Assembly: GCA_051294375.1 (NCBI GenBank)
Contig: CM119269.1
Span: 8,305,225 to 8,369,224 of the forward strand
DNA length: 64,000 nucleotides
Reading direction: 5' to 3'
Source: Paraspadella gotoi
Taxonomy: Eukaryota > Animalia > Chaetognatha
Shown here: positions 1 to 11,728 of the stretch, in pieces
How the letters are laid out: every line of letters begins with the position of its first letter
Position numbering within the stretch: position 1 is the stretch's first letter
Notes under the pieces: generated by a model
What the model was told of the DNA's origin: nothing
The model's database searches: none
Seen by the model: only the letters and a program-made list of their open reading frames with translations
Program-made: the position numbers and the translations under genes

Positions 1-544
1 TCAAGTCGTGATAAAGGAAGAATCAATTCTATTTTCTTTCTTTTTTGTCTGTGTGTGTGTCAATTTGTTAACTTCCCCACTCATTCAAAGTTAGAAACTT
101 GGTCTTGGAAACATTATTTTTAAACTCCACTCAAAACAAAAAGGCTTGAAAGTTAAATATGAGGTACTAAAGCAAATGAGGTTTCTTTCTTTCCCAGTCG
201 CTGAATAACCGTTTGAATAAACGGTTTCCGATCCGCGACAAAAAAAAAAAAACCAAAAAAAAAACAAAACAGGATTTCAGACAACAACAACTTCAGCAGC
301 AGCAACAACAGCCGCATCGGCTGCTGCATCGAGGAGGGTCGATCGAATTCCTAATCAGTGGATCGATTTTGAGTGGGACATTAATATGCAAATATTTGCA
401 GAAAATGTACCTGCAAATAATATGCAAAAAACTTTTGAGGCTTCGTTTATTTAAAAAAATAAAAGTCACAACGAGGTTGAATGATGACGAACGGACGAGG
501 AATGACATCGTTGATAAATTAAAGTGATGAACAGTGGCATGAAC

Positions 545-607
545 CTATCACTCATCTATCACTCATCTATCACTCATCTATCAGTCATCTATCACTCATC
601 TATCACT
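545..607. repeat. 11-bp tandem repeat (CTATCACTCAT, ~6 copies)
   Basis: Directly visible tandem array. Confidence 0.9.
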
Positions 608-1796
608 CACGGATATCTGATGGATTCGTCGTCGCAAAAGAATCCTCTCGTCGTCGGCTTCACCGTCGCCTTCAGGACGACGGAGACGACGACAGGAACG
701 ACGATGAAGACGACGTGACACGCCCCCTGACGCCAGGCGCTCGGCGTCATTTCCGGTGCGCGTGTCCGGACGGGGCGGAGAGAGAGAGAGACAGAGAGAC
801 ACGCCCACGCTTCCGCCAAACGCCGCAAAAAAAAAAACGCCCGCAAAACCCAAATATAAAAAATCAGATGGAAACCGAATTTTTTTTTTTTTTCTTCTTT
901 AGAACAAAAAACCCGGTTTAACTTCGTGGATCTGCTGGTATCGGATTTTTGGTCGTTGCTGTTGTCGTCGTTGTTGTTGTCGTTGTTGATCGAGTTTAAT
1001 CGAATCTTGTTTTTCCGCGCGCGACGACGACAACGACGACGACGACTGTCAATTCGTGATCGAAGAAGTTGACAAATCCGTCGATACGATTGACCTTTTG
1101 TTCATTTGTAAATTTGTAANNNNNNNNNNCGACGACGACGACGACGACTGTCAAATCGCGATCGAAGAAGTTGACAAATCCGTCGATACGATTAACCTTT
1201 TGTTTATTTGTAAATTTGTAAGTTAGTAAATTTGTAAAGTTAAGTTTCTCAATAATTCTTTTGTTCGTTTGTTAATTCCTTCTTTATATTATTCATTGTT
1301 TTAGTTTATTTGTTAATTTTTCTCTTTTTCCTTCATTTGTTTTCATTTGAGGCTTTGGTTGTTTTTTTTTATTCAATTGTTTTTTGTTTTTTTTGTTTGT
1401 AAATATTTAAATTAACGATGGTCAAATGCGTTTGTTTTTTGTTTGTTTACGGATCTTTTATTGATGGCGTCGTTGCCTTTGGCATTATATGTAGGCGGCG
1501 GCGGCGGCGGCGGCGACGGCGGCGTATTTAAGCAAAACAAATTAGAATACCAAGGATTGAATCAGTGTCGTCGTCGTTGTCGTCGCTTTCGTTTTTTTTT
1601 TAGAGAGAATTATTTACGCACATTAGTCATTAGGGTCTGTAACTAAAATACTTTTGAGTATCAAATGCATTAATATCGAGATTTAATTAACGTCGCGGGT
1701 TGATTTTGGAATTGCAAATTTGGACGGACTGGGTTGTGTCGTATCACTGACGGACGGAGAGAGAGACTGGAGAGTTCCTACGCTGAAACACTGAGA

Positions 1797-1908
<112 letters not shown>

Positions 1909-2538
1909 CGGGTGTTTCTCAGGGTCGCGTGCTGTTCTGAAGTTCAAACGAGTGGAGACTGGTTATTGAAATGAAGTTGTTTTCGTTTTTCCGTTTGTTG
2001 CTCTTTTGTTCTCAAAGAATTCGGCCTAAGTTCGAGTCAAAAAATTCGTTTAGTAAAAAATCGGCGTTTTTTATCTATTGGTTTAGTATTAGGGTTGGAT
2101 TTTTATCCCAATAGTTTAGCAAAAGGCACAGATTTAAATGAGTAATGTAAGAATTTTTGGGTTTCTTTCGCAATCTCGTTCGTAGATTTCGTTGTCCTTT
2201 TGTTTGAGTCTGAAATTCGAGTCGCGCGTTCTCCCTCTTCCGGAAAAGACAACCATAATTTTTGACGACAATCTCTAAGAAAATCTAGGCGACAGTTTAG
2301 CCGACGATTTGGACGACAAATTTCGGGTTGTCCTCAAAAAAAAAAAATCTGGAAAACCAGTTTTAAAAATAAATGGAAGGAGAAATAATTCGCCTGAGAG
2401 GATTAAAGGTTTTTTTTTTGTTTGTGGGGATCGAGATCGGAGTAGCGATCGGGATAACGATCGATGGAAGAAGAGATCCTTATTACGATTGGTTTCAATC
2501 AGTGAGCAGAACGGGGAAGGATACTTTTAGTACTTGTA

Positions 2539-2648
<110 letters not shown>

Positions 2649-3657
2649 ATTTAGTATCTATTAGTAACTATTAGTAGGGACATCGTAGATAGGAGAAAGC
2701 AAATGCGGTAGAGCAGAGTTGGTTCGAAGTCCGCCTCTGCTTAATGTAGTGCGGAAGATTGAGTAATAAATATTTAAAACATTAATTTATATTTTTGTAA
2801 ATGCAAAATAAACGACGAAAAAAAAATACATAAAGTAAAAAGTAAAACGTATTTTCGAAGAAAAATTGATAAAGTTTAAAATATTATGTGAATTGAAAAA
2901 TTTACCCCACCAAAAAATAGTAAAAAGTGAATAAATTAATGGTCGAAATAGATGTATTTTTATGCTTCACAAGTCAAAACCTAATTGGTAAAGAGACGTT
3001 TAAATTTTATCATGCGAGAACTGTTAATTTTAATTTTAATTTTAATTTTATAATGTTAGAAATCTTTAATTTTAATCTGTACAATGTTTTAATTAATTTT
3101 CAAAGTAGGAAAAAGCCCAGACGGCGATCATGAACAGCGGCGAACTCTTCCGGAGACGAAAATCCCCCTTGTGAGAGATTCCGCTTCGTCGCTCCAAGTG
3201 TGTCACGTTTTGTCACCTGGCAACTCCTCTTTCCTACAACGTTGTGATTTGCAACTGGTGAAAAAATGATATATTAGCGTCTATGAAAGCGATAGGAGAA
3301 GGATCGATCCGAGAGAGTCGTCTTCTTGGCGCTAATTTTTTTTACTTTGAAACAAATTTTAAATACATAGAATAAAAAAATAATCCATACATATAATTAA
3401 TGAGCTATTTTGACCTTGATTTTGAACATTCCAAACAGAGATGTTTTCAAATTTTTTTTTCTTCTTGCAAAAAAACTAAAAAAAAAAAAAAACTATTGTA
3501 ACATCAGACCTAAAAAGTTGTGAATTCTTTGTAACCGAATCAACTTTTTTTCTTTTTCTTTCTTTTTTTAAATGAGTAATGTTTTCTCTCTCGTTTATTA
3601 CCTTCGCTCAAAACTTCCATCGAATTTCGGTTTTTTTCCATCTTTCTATCAATAAAT

Positions 3658-3708
<51 letters not shown>

Positions 3709-4515
3709 ACTCTCTCGTTTCAAATTTCGTCGAAATTCTTTTGAGGTTGGCCCTGGCTTTTCTTTCTCTCTTTCACCTCATCTAAGCCTCAGCCTTCAGT
3801 CTAAGTCAAGAAAAATTAATCGTTTTTTATTTTTTCTCTTTTGTTTACGTTTTTTCTTTCAACTCGAATTTCGGGCGGAAGAGAAAATTTTCGGCGCGAG
3901 AAAAAAAAATGTAATTAGTAAAAGAAAAAAAAAGAAAAAATAATAAAAGAAAGAAAGTCAAGAAACAAGTTTCATTGGCATTTAAGGATCAATTGTTCAA
4001 ATAAAATCTTTTAAACGGGGTGAATGTCTTTTTTAAATCGACTTTTAGTGATTTAAATTTTGCTCAATGGATACAAGGTGGTTTCTATGTACCCGAATAT
4101 GCAAGAATCATGATCTGGCCTGATTTCTTGCTAATGTTCTTTGAATAGGTTAATTTTCCTCTAGTAATTTATATACCATTTATTTATTTATTTTTGAAAA
4201 ATTCCCTCATCGGAATAATACGAGCATATCTCATACAGCACGTTGTATGCAGTAATTTTGGTTACAATTATTTTATTTCATTAAATTTATTTAATGAGCC
4301 AGAATGCAACGAGCGGAATTTTTTTCAATAAATGCGGATTCCTTCCTCTTCTTTTCAGGTTTTATTCAAAATTTCCTGAGGTTTTTGGTTTTTTTAAGGA
4401 ACAATAGAACTATTTTACGTTCGACCATGTTATAGAAATCTAATTCCAATCTACTCTCGGATCTAGAACAACAACAACAAAATCAACTACAGCGCGACCT
4501 TCGCTTTGCCAATTA

Positions 4516-4550
<35 letters not shown>

Positions 4551-5274
4551 CAACGGCGTTTCAAACTTCCGCACCTCGCATTTTCTCGCGCGGTCGAATT
4601 TCCCTTCATGTTCAACTCAATTTCTCTTTTATTCGCGTCAATTTTTAAAATTGTGATCCCCAAATCAATTCGAAAAGTCTAACGCGATGTCGTTCAACTT
4701 TTTAACATCTTTTTTTCAAAAAAATATTACGACGCTGACGTCGGTTATGAACAAAACCAAATAAATTCACCGAATTTCGTTGTTTCATGTAACTAAATCA
4801 TTTAAATATTTAATTCCAAGCGCTTTATATGTATAAAAAAATTATAAAGGAAAAAGTAAGTAGAAGTGCATAAATTTTATTATTAACGGTTCAGGGTTTT
4901 AAAAGATATGATTTTTTAAATAATGTAAAGAAAGTACAACTACTTTCAACTGTTATTTCATTATGATTTTTTTTTAATACTCATTTATCACACGTACAAA
5001 CCAATAAATGTTTAGTCTACGTTATTTTTATTTTGATTCATACGCACCTATTTACTAATTAATCTCTTTCATTTCCTTTCCGCTTTTCATTGTCTTCGTC
5101 TTTCTCTTTCTCTTCATCGTTCTTGTCATTTGTCTCTTCATTTTCGTCGTCATCGTCGTCGTTATCATTGTAGTCGTTGTCGTCGTCGTCGTCTTACTCG
5201 GTTAGGCGCGATCGGCTACAAAATTTCGTTATCGCAAAGTCATAAAGAAATTATTGTCGCTAAACGCTATCGCA

Positions 5275-5337
<63 letters not shown>

Positions 5338-6079
5338 GTAATTCAATGAAAATCGTTTTGCTGATGTTTTCTCGCCGATTGTCATCCGACACTTGATTAC
5401 TATTTTTTTCAGTTAAATCCGGGATTTGTATTTAATTCAGTTAAATCCGGGATTTATATTTCGTTCTCTTTCATCCAATTGTTTCCCAATCAGTGACTTT
5501 CGGTGATGTCGCACGTTCGCCGAACACACAAAATGTTGTTCCATTGTCATACACTAATAAATTAATAATAATATTATAATATAAGTAATAATGTAATAAT
5601 GTATTGGATTAAACAAAAAATGAGAATAAATTAATCATTATAACCCTCACTCATGTGGTGTGAATACCTTTAAGCTTTATGCTTGTAAAATTTTTATTGT
5701 ATCGATGTTATAACAAATGCCAACTCATTGCACCTGGTCCCGGATGAGATCCAATTCCTCATTGCACCCGGATGATACTCGATCCCTCTTAACCGGTCGC
5801 ACCTCGTAATGAGCCAACCCGATGACGGATCCACTCGACTTGGTTACACCTTGAGCCAAATATTTTGTTGACTTAGCGCGAGAGGAGAAGAGTGGAGGAG
5901 AAAAAGAGAGGTTGGTAGAGGAGATAGAAAAGAGAGGGTAAGAGAGAATAGAGAGGTTGGGAGCGGAGAGGGGAGAAAAAATATAAGAGAAGTGAGGAAA
6001 GAAAGGTAAGGAGTAAAGGAAAGAACTCATGAGAGAAAGAGGAAAGGAAAGGCGCTCAAACTGTTTTCATGTCTTTCTC

Positions 6080-6124
<45 letters not shown>

Positions 6125-6546
6125 CTCTCTCTTTCATACGACGAATATTAGAAAATTTCGTAATTGACGAAGATTGTCAAAAAATATGCGTAAACAGATG
6201 ACGAAAAATACTAAAAAAAAACAAAATAAGAAAACGAAATAAATAAAATAAAGAAATAAAAAAAAACCCAAAAAAACAAAAAAACACCTTGCTTCCGTCA
6301 AATTTTAAAAATTGAGTTTCTTTTACAGAAAATCGACGCTAGTTTATGTTGCAAAAGTATCGAGGTGTAGCGTTCACACTGTTGCCAGAGAATATCATTT
6401 TTTCTTCCTTTTTTCATTCATAAATTTTCGGTTTGTGTGGAATGTAAATTTATGGTTCATTGATATCTTGAAGCATAGCTTTTACAAACGCGATATTCTC
6501 ATTGAAATATTTCTCTTTTTAATATTTCGAGAGAGAGAGAGAGGGA

Positions 6547-6618
<72 letters not shown>

Positions 6619-6886
6619 GGGTTGAACGATTTTAAGGGGTACTTAAGTAAACCGCTTCTTCAAAGCAAATCGCTTTCCTTCGTTTTCCACAGACTTTAGA
6701 ATGATGACTATCCTCATTGTACCTATTCATTAATGTTAAAACTTAAAATGATACCTAATTTATTAATCTGTTTATGCTTGTTAATAAATAGATTCAAATG
6801 GACAATCGTTATCATTCCGTCATAGATAACTCCCCCTTATCCCCCCCCCCGTCTCCAGACACGAGTTCCTTTTAGCTTTTATAAAT

Positions 6887-9800
6887 TCATTTGCGTAAAA
6901 GGCCAACAGCAGCGAGGTAACCATCGAGTTCGTTGTCCGGCAGCGGCGCATGATCAGGAACGCAGGTGGACTTATCCTCGTCGTATTTCGGCATGCCAGT
7001 CGGGGGCCAATAGAGGTAGGCTACGCAGGCATTAAGGTCGCCCTTGATGAAAACGTAGAGCTTGTAGTTCATTCCATTCACCTCCTGGAACCGGGTTGGA
7101 TTGAGGATGAAAAATATAGGGCGTAGTGAAAGTTACATTCTTCAATTTTTGCGGTAGGCTATATTTATATATAGTACTATCCTTTATAAAATCGAAAAGT
7201 TTCAATATAGGCCTTTCTTAATTTTGATTGCAGATTTTAATTCCTCGTTAAAAATTAATAGCAGAAAATAGAAATCATTTTTAAAAATTATTTCATTAAG
7301 TGGGTTAAAAATTAATATGTAAAATTTTAATTTTCAGTTTAAAATATACAGGGGTAGGACCATATATCGAGACAAAATTTAAAAAATCATTACGCTAAAA
7401 CTGTTAAGACAAAGGGTCATTCAAATCAACTATAAAATGAAGTCCAGATTCAAAAAGCTGAGTTTCTGGCGATTCCGAAAATATATTCACTTTAAACATT
7501 TGATGCATTCTATGCCATTTTATATCAATTTAAATTATAATATAAAATAAAAGAAACCTATCTGAAGATTTGCAGGTAAAACGAAAAAGCCAATCCGTAT
7601 GATATTTTTTATGAATTTTTTATTAGTGAATTAGAAAAATGTAACAGAGAGACATTTTGAAATTTCAACTTACATCCTTGAAAACAAACTTTTTTTAAAC
7701 TTTGACCCTAAATTCCTCCTAACTGGAATAATTTTCTTAAAATGTATCTCTATTAGTTTTCTACAAATATTTTTAAGATTTCTAAACAAATTTAATATTC
7801 AAAATCCTTGCAGTCATTTAGGCGGCAACTCTTCAAATTCAGTGTAGATTCAGTGTAGCTCGAATTTCTTTACCATCTATTTAACCAAAGATTTTGTTCA
7901 CAATTGGAAATCCAACCGAGTGACAAGATTAATGTTTAACTCTCTCCTTCAAAATTTCTTTTTACCGTGTTTTAACTTTTTACATACAATTTTTTAACAA
8001 CCAGATAAAAAAAGATTTTTAAAAAAATTGTACTTACCGATTTAATTTTACACTTTTCTCATTTACGGATTAAAAAAAAATTATGTAAAACGCAATGTTT
8101 ACATATAAAGAAAATAGGAATTTTGTTGCGATAACTGATGAATACGATGTATTTCTTGATGTGATAGCTGTAATACATTGAGGTTTACGAATAGTGAAGC
8201 TAAATGACCTTTCCTCTTAATGATTTTTGATATCTGAATAAAGATTCAAATTATGCTCTTTTTTAGCTTTTATCCTATATATTAATTGTTATGAAATTCT
8301 TTGATATAATGCTTATTTTGATGAAGCAAAGGCAACTGCTCTGTTTTCTCCGCGCGGTTTGGAAGAAAAATGTTTGACTACTTATTGTTTAATCCAATTA
8401 TAAAAACATGCCAGATAAAATTATTAATGAAAATGCTTATTTATAGTTTAAAAATACTTTTAGCATGGTATACATTAAATTTTTATCAAAAAAATATTGA
8501 GGTAAGGTTCAGGTAAGTTACTATTATAGTCCAATTTTTATTAAAACTGACCTTTATTTAAAAATTTAATAATGATATTGTCAGATATGTAAATTAATCA
8601 TGTCAGATTTCAGAATGCATGATAAAAGGGTCAAGACGGCAAAAAATACATAAAGTATTTGATGATTTAAGCTTATTCCTTAAAATCTTCTTAAAATTTT
8701 GTTTCACTTACCTTATAGAAGTTTAAATAAGTTTAATTAGGATTGTTATGAAAATCTGAAATTAGAAGAAATTAAAGAGAAGACATACCACTATCATATT
8801 CAGAAACGACCACTGAAAAATATTAACAAGTATGGCTTTTATACTACGTAATGTAAGGTGCGCGTAGAAAAATGACTAAATGATTTGAAAACATCCACAA
8901 CGCCCTGTAGTTGTTTAAAATTTGTTATTGTTTCATAGCATTTAAAAGTAAAAAGACAGAAAAATCTTTTGGCACTTATTTTATTATTGTATCTCAAATC
9001 GCTCAGACAGGGCAGGACGTTAAGTTTTGTCACGATATATGGTCCCACCCCTGTAGGTTTATCTTATATTTGATCAATTTAATGAAAAATTTTTTAAAAA
9101 AGAATTATATTTCTTTATATCAACTTTTCATGACGAATCCGAATCTGCAAAAAAATCTTACAAAAAACTATTTTGAAATTTTAACATTTATTGAATTAGT
9201 ACAAGTATAAATATGGCCGACTGCGTAAATTGTAAAATTTATTATAAATTTTTTTATACTTAAATGTTCACTAGTATAATGTTGTTCGTTCCTCACTTTT
9301 AGAATTTTAATTAAAGTTAAATTTATAATTTTTACTATGCTTTAATGAAAAATAAGTTTGTATTTAAAGATTAGTATCGTTGTGGTAGTGCATATTTCCG
9401 CACAACTCGTTCTTATGGCACTGGAGGAACCACAGAATCCTATCAACCCAAAGGACTCGGGTTCGCGCCCCTTATTTTCATTCTCCAGTTAGTGCCAGAC
9501 TATATTCCTATTCTTAAGTTCAACGGACGTCGTCTGCCTTCTCAATAATTTATCTCAACACTTTCTGTTCGTATTCTGGTATATCTCTTTCCCCCCCGCC
9601 ACCCCTACTTTGGTCCCTTTCCACCTCACCATCGCCTTCTCTCTTGTTCCTTTTCCACCCCCACCATCGCCTTCTGCTTGGTCCCTTTCCACCCAACCAT
9701 CGCCTTCTGCTTGGTCCCTTTCCACCCAACCATCGCCTTCTGCTTGGTCCCTTTCCACCCCACCATCGCCTTCTGCTTGGTCCCTTTCCACCCCACCATC

Positions 9801-10238
9801 GCCTTCTGCTTGGTCCCTTTCCCCCAACCATCACCTGCCCCTTGGCAGCCACCATGCCTTCGGCGTCCATCTGATATTTCATAAAGATATTGAACTTGGC
9901 GATAGCGAAGGCCATCTGCACATCTTCGTTTTCAATTCTGACCCAACCCCAACCGCCGACTTTATTGTATAAAAATGAGGTGAAGATAAACATTAAAATT
10001 TAGGTTAGGATTTGGTTAAGATAAGATTGAGATTAGGTTGGGATGAATATTAGGATTAGGTTGTAAATAGGATTATATTTTTATTAGGATTGGATTAAGA
10101 TAAAGTAAAGATTACATTATATTTCCGAGCGTAAGCTCCCATAGTCCTTTATTCCCCAACCTTCGTTCTCTCACCTAAGGCCTCCGAAAAGTTGACGGTC
10201 GCCATGGCGACGACGACGAAAACAAAGATGGCCTTCAT
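6887..10238 (-). CDS. Secreted cystatin (cysteine-protease inhibitor), 3 exons: 10175-10238, 9835-9959, 6887-7084; 128 aa
   Basis: Phase-consistent GT-AG splicing gives MKAIFVFVVVAMATVNFSEA-LVGGWGWVRIENEDVQMAFAIAKFNIFMKYQMDAEGMVAAKGQEVNGMNYKLYVFIKGDLNACVAYLYWPPTG...LLRK*. It has a signal peptide, the N-terminal GG(W) motif, a QxVxG loop (QEVNG, split by a phase-0 intron) followed by xNY, and one Cys pair. Confidence 0.88.
7117..9344. mobile_element. Foldback/Mutator-like non-autonomous TIR element in cystatin intron 2, interrupted by a nested element
   Basis: Termini TAGGGCGTAGTGAAA ... TTTACTATGCTTTA. Direct repeat ATGAAAAATA on both flanks (7107-7116, 9345-9354). The ~200-bp arms match the element at 24480-25091 in reverse orientation. 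The superfamily is inferred only from the long TIRs and 8-10-bp TSD. Confidence 0.8.
7349..9053. mobile_element. Degenerate Tc1/mariner-type DNA transposon (1.7 kb) nested in the foldback element
   Basis: 29-bp TIRs CAGGGGTAGGACCATATATCGAGACAAAA / TTTTGTCACGATATATGGTCCCACCCCTG, with TA on both sides (7347-7348, 9054-9055). No intact transposase ORF. Confidence 0.85.
9605..9833. repeat. 33-bp minisatellite (~7 copies) abutting the cystatin exon-2 donor
   Basis: Unit CCATCGCCTTCTGCTTGGTCCCTTTCCACCCMA, e.g. at 9664 and 9697. It explains the repetitive ORFs at 9550-9993. Confidence 0.95.
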
Positions 10239-11021
10239 CGTCTGCTTTTTATCGTTTAATTCGAAATATCAAATTTTTAAAAATCGGTTTTTTTTATTTT
10301 TGGGCGAAAAAAACGAAATAAAAAAAACAACATTAAAGTAATGGTGAGTTTTAGGGCTGTTTGTTTACCTCGAATTTTAATTAAAAAACGAATTTCGCTC
10401 TTCATACTTTGTAGTTGAACGCGGTTTGTAAAGCGTTTAAGGACTGTCGATGTAGAAAAAACCATTCCCGAAAAATACATTTAATATAATTATTAATATA
10501 TTAAAATAAGGTTATAAATACTTAAAATAATACTTTCTCATTTTAATCTTATGGTTGCTTTTTGTTGAAAAGAATTTTATACATGTTTATTTCTGGTGGT
10601 AAAATTTTTACGTTATCATCTTTTATATCTATTTTACTTAAATAAAGTAAAGTTTATACACCATAAACATTCATATGTACTACATGTTAATTTACAACAA
10701 TTCACAACAATTAAAAAGACTAACAGACTAAAACGAGTCGGGAGCCTCGAATCCGCGACGACGAAACGATTAAGATTTAATGCGAGAGATTTATTTCTCA
10801 GATTTATTCTCAGATTTATTTCTCATTTTTCTCGATTCTCAACACGTCCCATCATCGAGGTTTTATGTTTCCTTCAGTCGGAGAGACGAACTTCCTTTCC
10901 TCATTTCCGATTTTCCTCAAACCTTTTTTTTACGGAGTCCTAGTTTTTTTTGTTTCTTTTGCGTGACATTGTGTCAGGATTTACAAATGGATTTTTTTCG
11001 AATGAGTTGCATGTTTTAAAT

Positions 11022-11070
11022 TTAATTCGTGAAAACATCATCGAAATTTTCATCGTCATCGTCGTCATCG

Positions 11071-11123
<53 letters not shown>

Positions 11124-11204
11124 GTCATCATCATCATCCTCCCGGATGTCATTCTTGACGTCACTGCGCCCCGCGTCTCTTCCTCTCACGTTTCTCTCGA
11201 TGGC
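11022..11204 (-). CDS. Candidate orphan terminal exon with an acidic tail (AIERNVRGRDAGRSDVKNDIRE-polyD-ENFDDVFTN*)
   Basis: Acceptor-like ttttccaaacaaaag, 61 open codons and a GC-richer composition. Upstream exons were not securely identified, and the poly-Asp could be a plain (ATC)n microsatellite. Confidence 0.3.
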
Positions 11205-11646
11205 CTTTTGTTTGGAAAATCGACATCAGAGATCGACGTCGATCGTCGCTGATTAAAAACAAATGACGAATCAGAGAGAAACAGGATCTTTTTGTGTTTC
11301 GAAATCTATAAATATAATGACTCTGGGCGAAAATTAAGACGACGGCAACGGCGACGACGACGATTACAGCGACGATGAAGACGACGACAATGACGACCAT
11401 GATTAAAATATGACGACGACAATTTTAGACGATGACGACGACGAAAATTAAGACGACGATGACGACGACGACAGAAGTTTCGTTGACAGACAATAAAAAA
11501 TACTAACTGCAGTGTTGTTGTAATTTCTCTGCTACATATTTCGAGGTCAGACGACGATGACAACGACAACAACAACAACGACAACAACGACAAGGAAATT
11601 GAGAACGTGATGTTTTGTTTTCCGCGCGAATCGAGAGAAAAAGGGA

Positions 11647-11728
<82 letters not shown>

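Noticed and set aside
273-360. Gln- or Asn/Ser-rich possible terminal exon of an upstream gene
   Set aside because: Frame is ambiguous and the rest would lie outside the window.
1030-1222. ~90-bp direct repeat flanking a 10-N gap
   Set aside because: Typical unmerged contig overlap (two haplotypes), not a biological duplication.
2700-2745. tRNA-like GCGGTAGAGCA...GGTTCGAAGTCC (also GGGTTCGCGCCCC near 9460)
   Set aside because: No anticodon arm or acceptor stem; at most SINE debris.
5725-5880. GC-richer block with a minus-strand ORF ending ...EELDLIRDQVQ*
   Set aside because: No recognisable domain or partner exons, and it contains a short internal duplication, so it cannot be called coding.
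9550-9993. 147-aa ORF with GGKGPSRRRW repeats (and PSPSAWSLST on the other strand)
   Set aside because: It is cystatin exon 2 read through its donor into a 33-bp intronic minisatellite.
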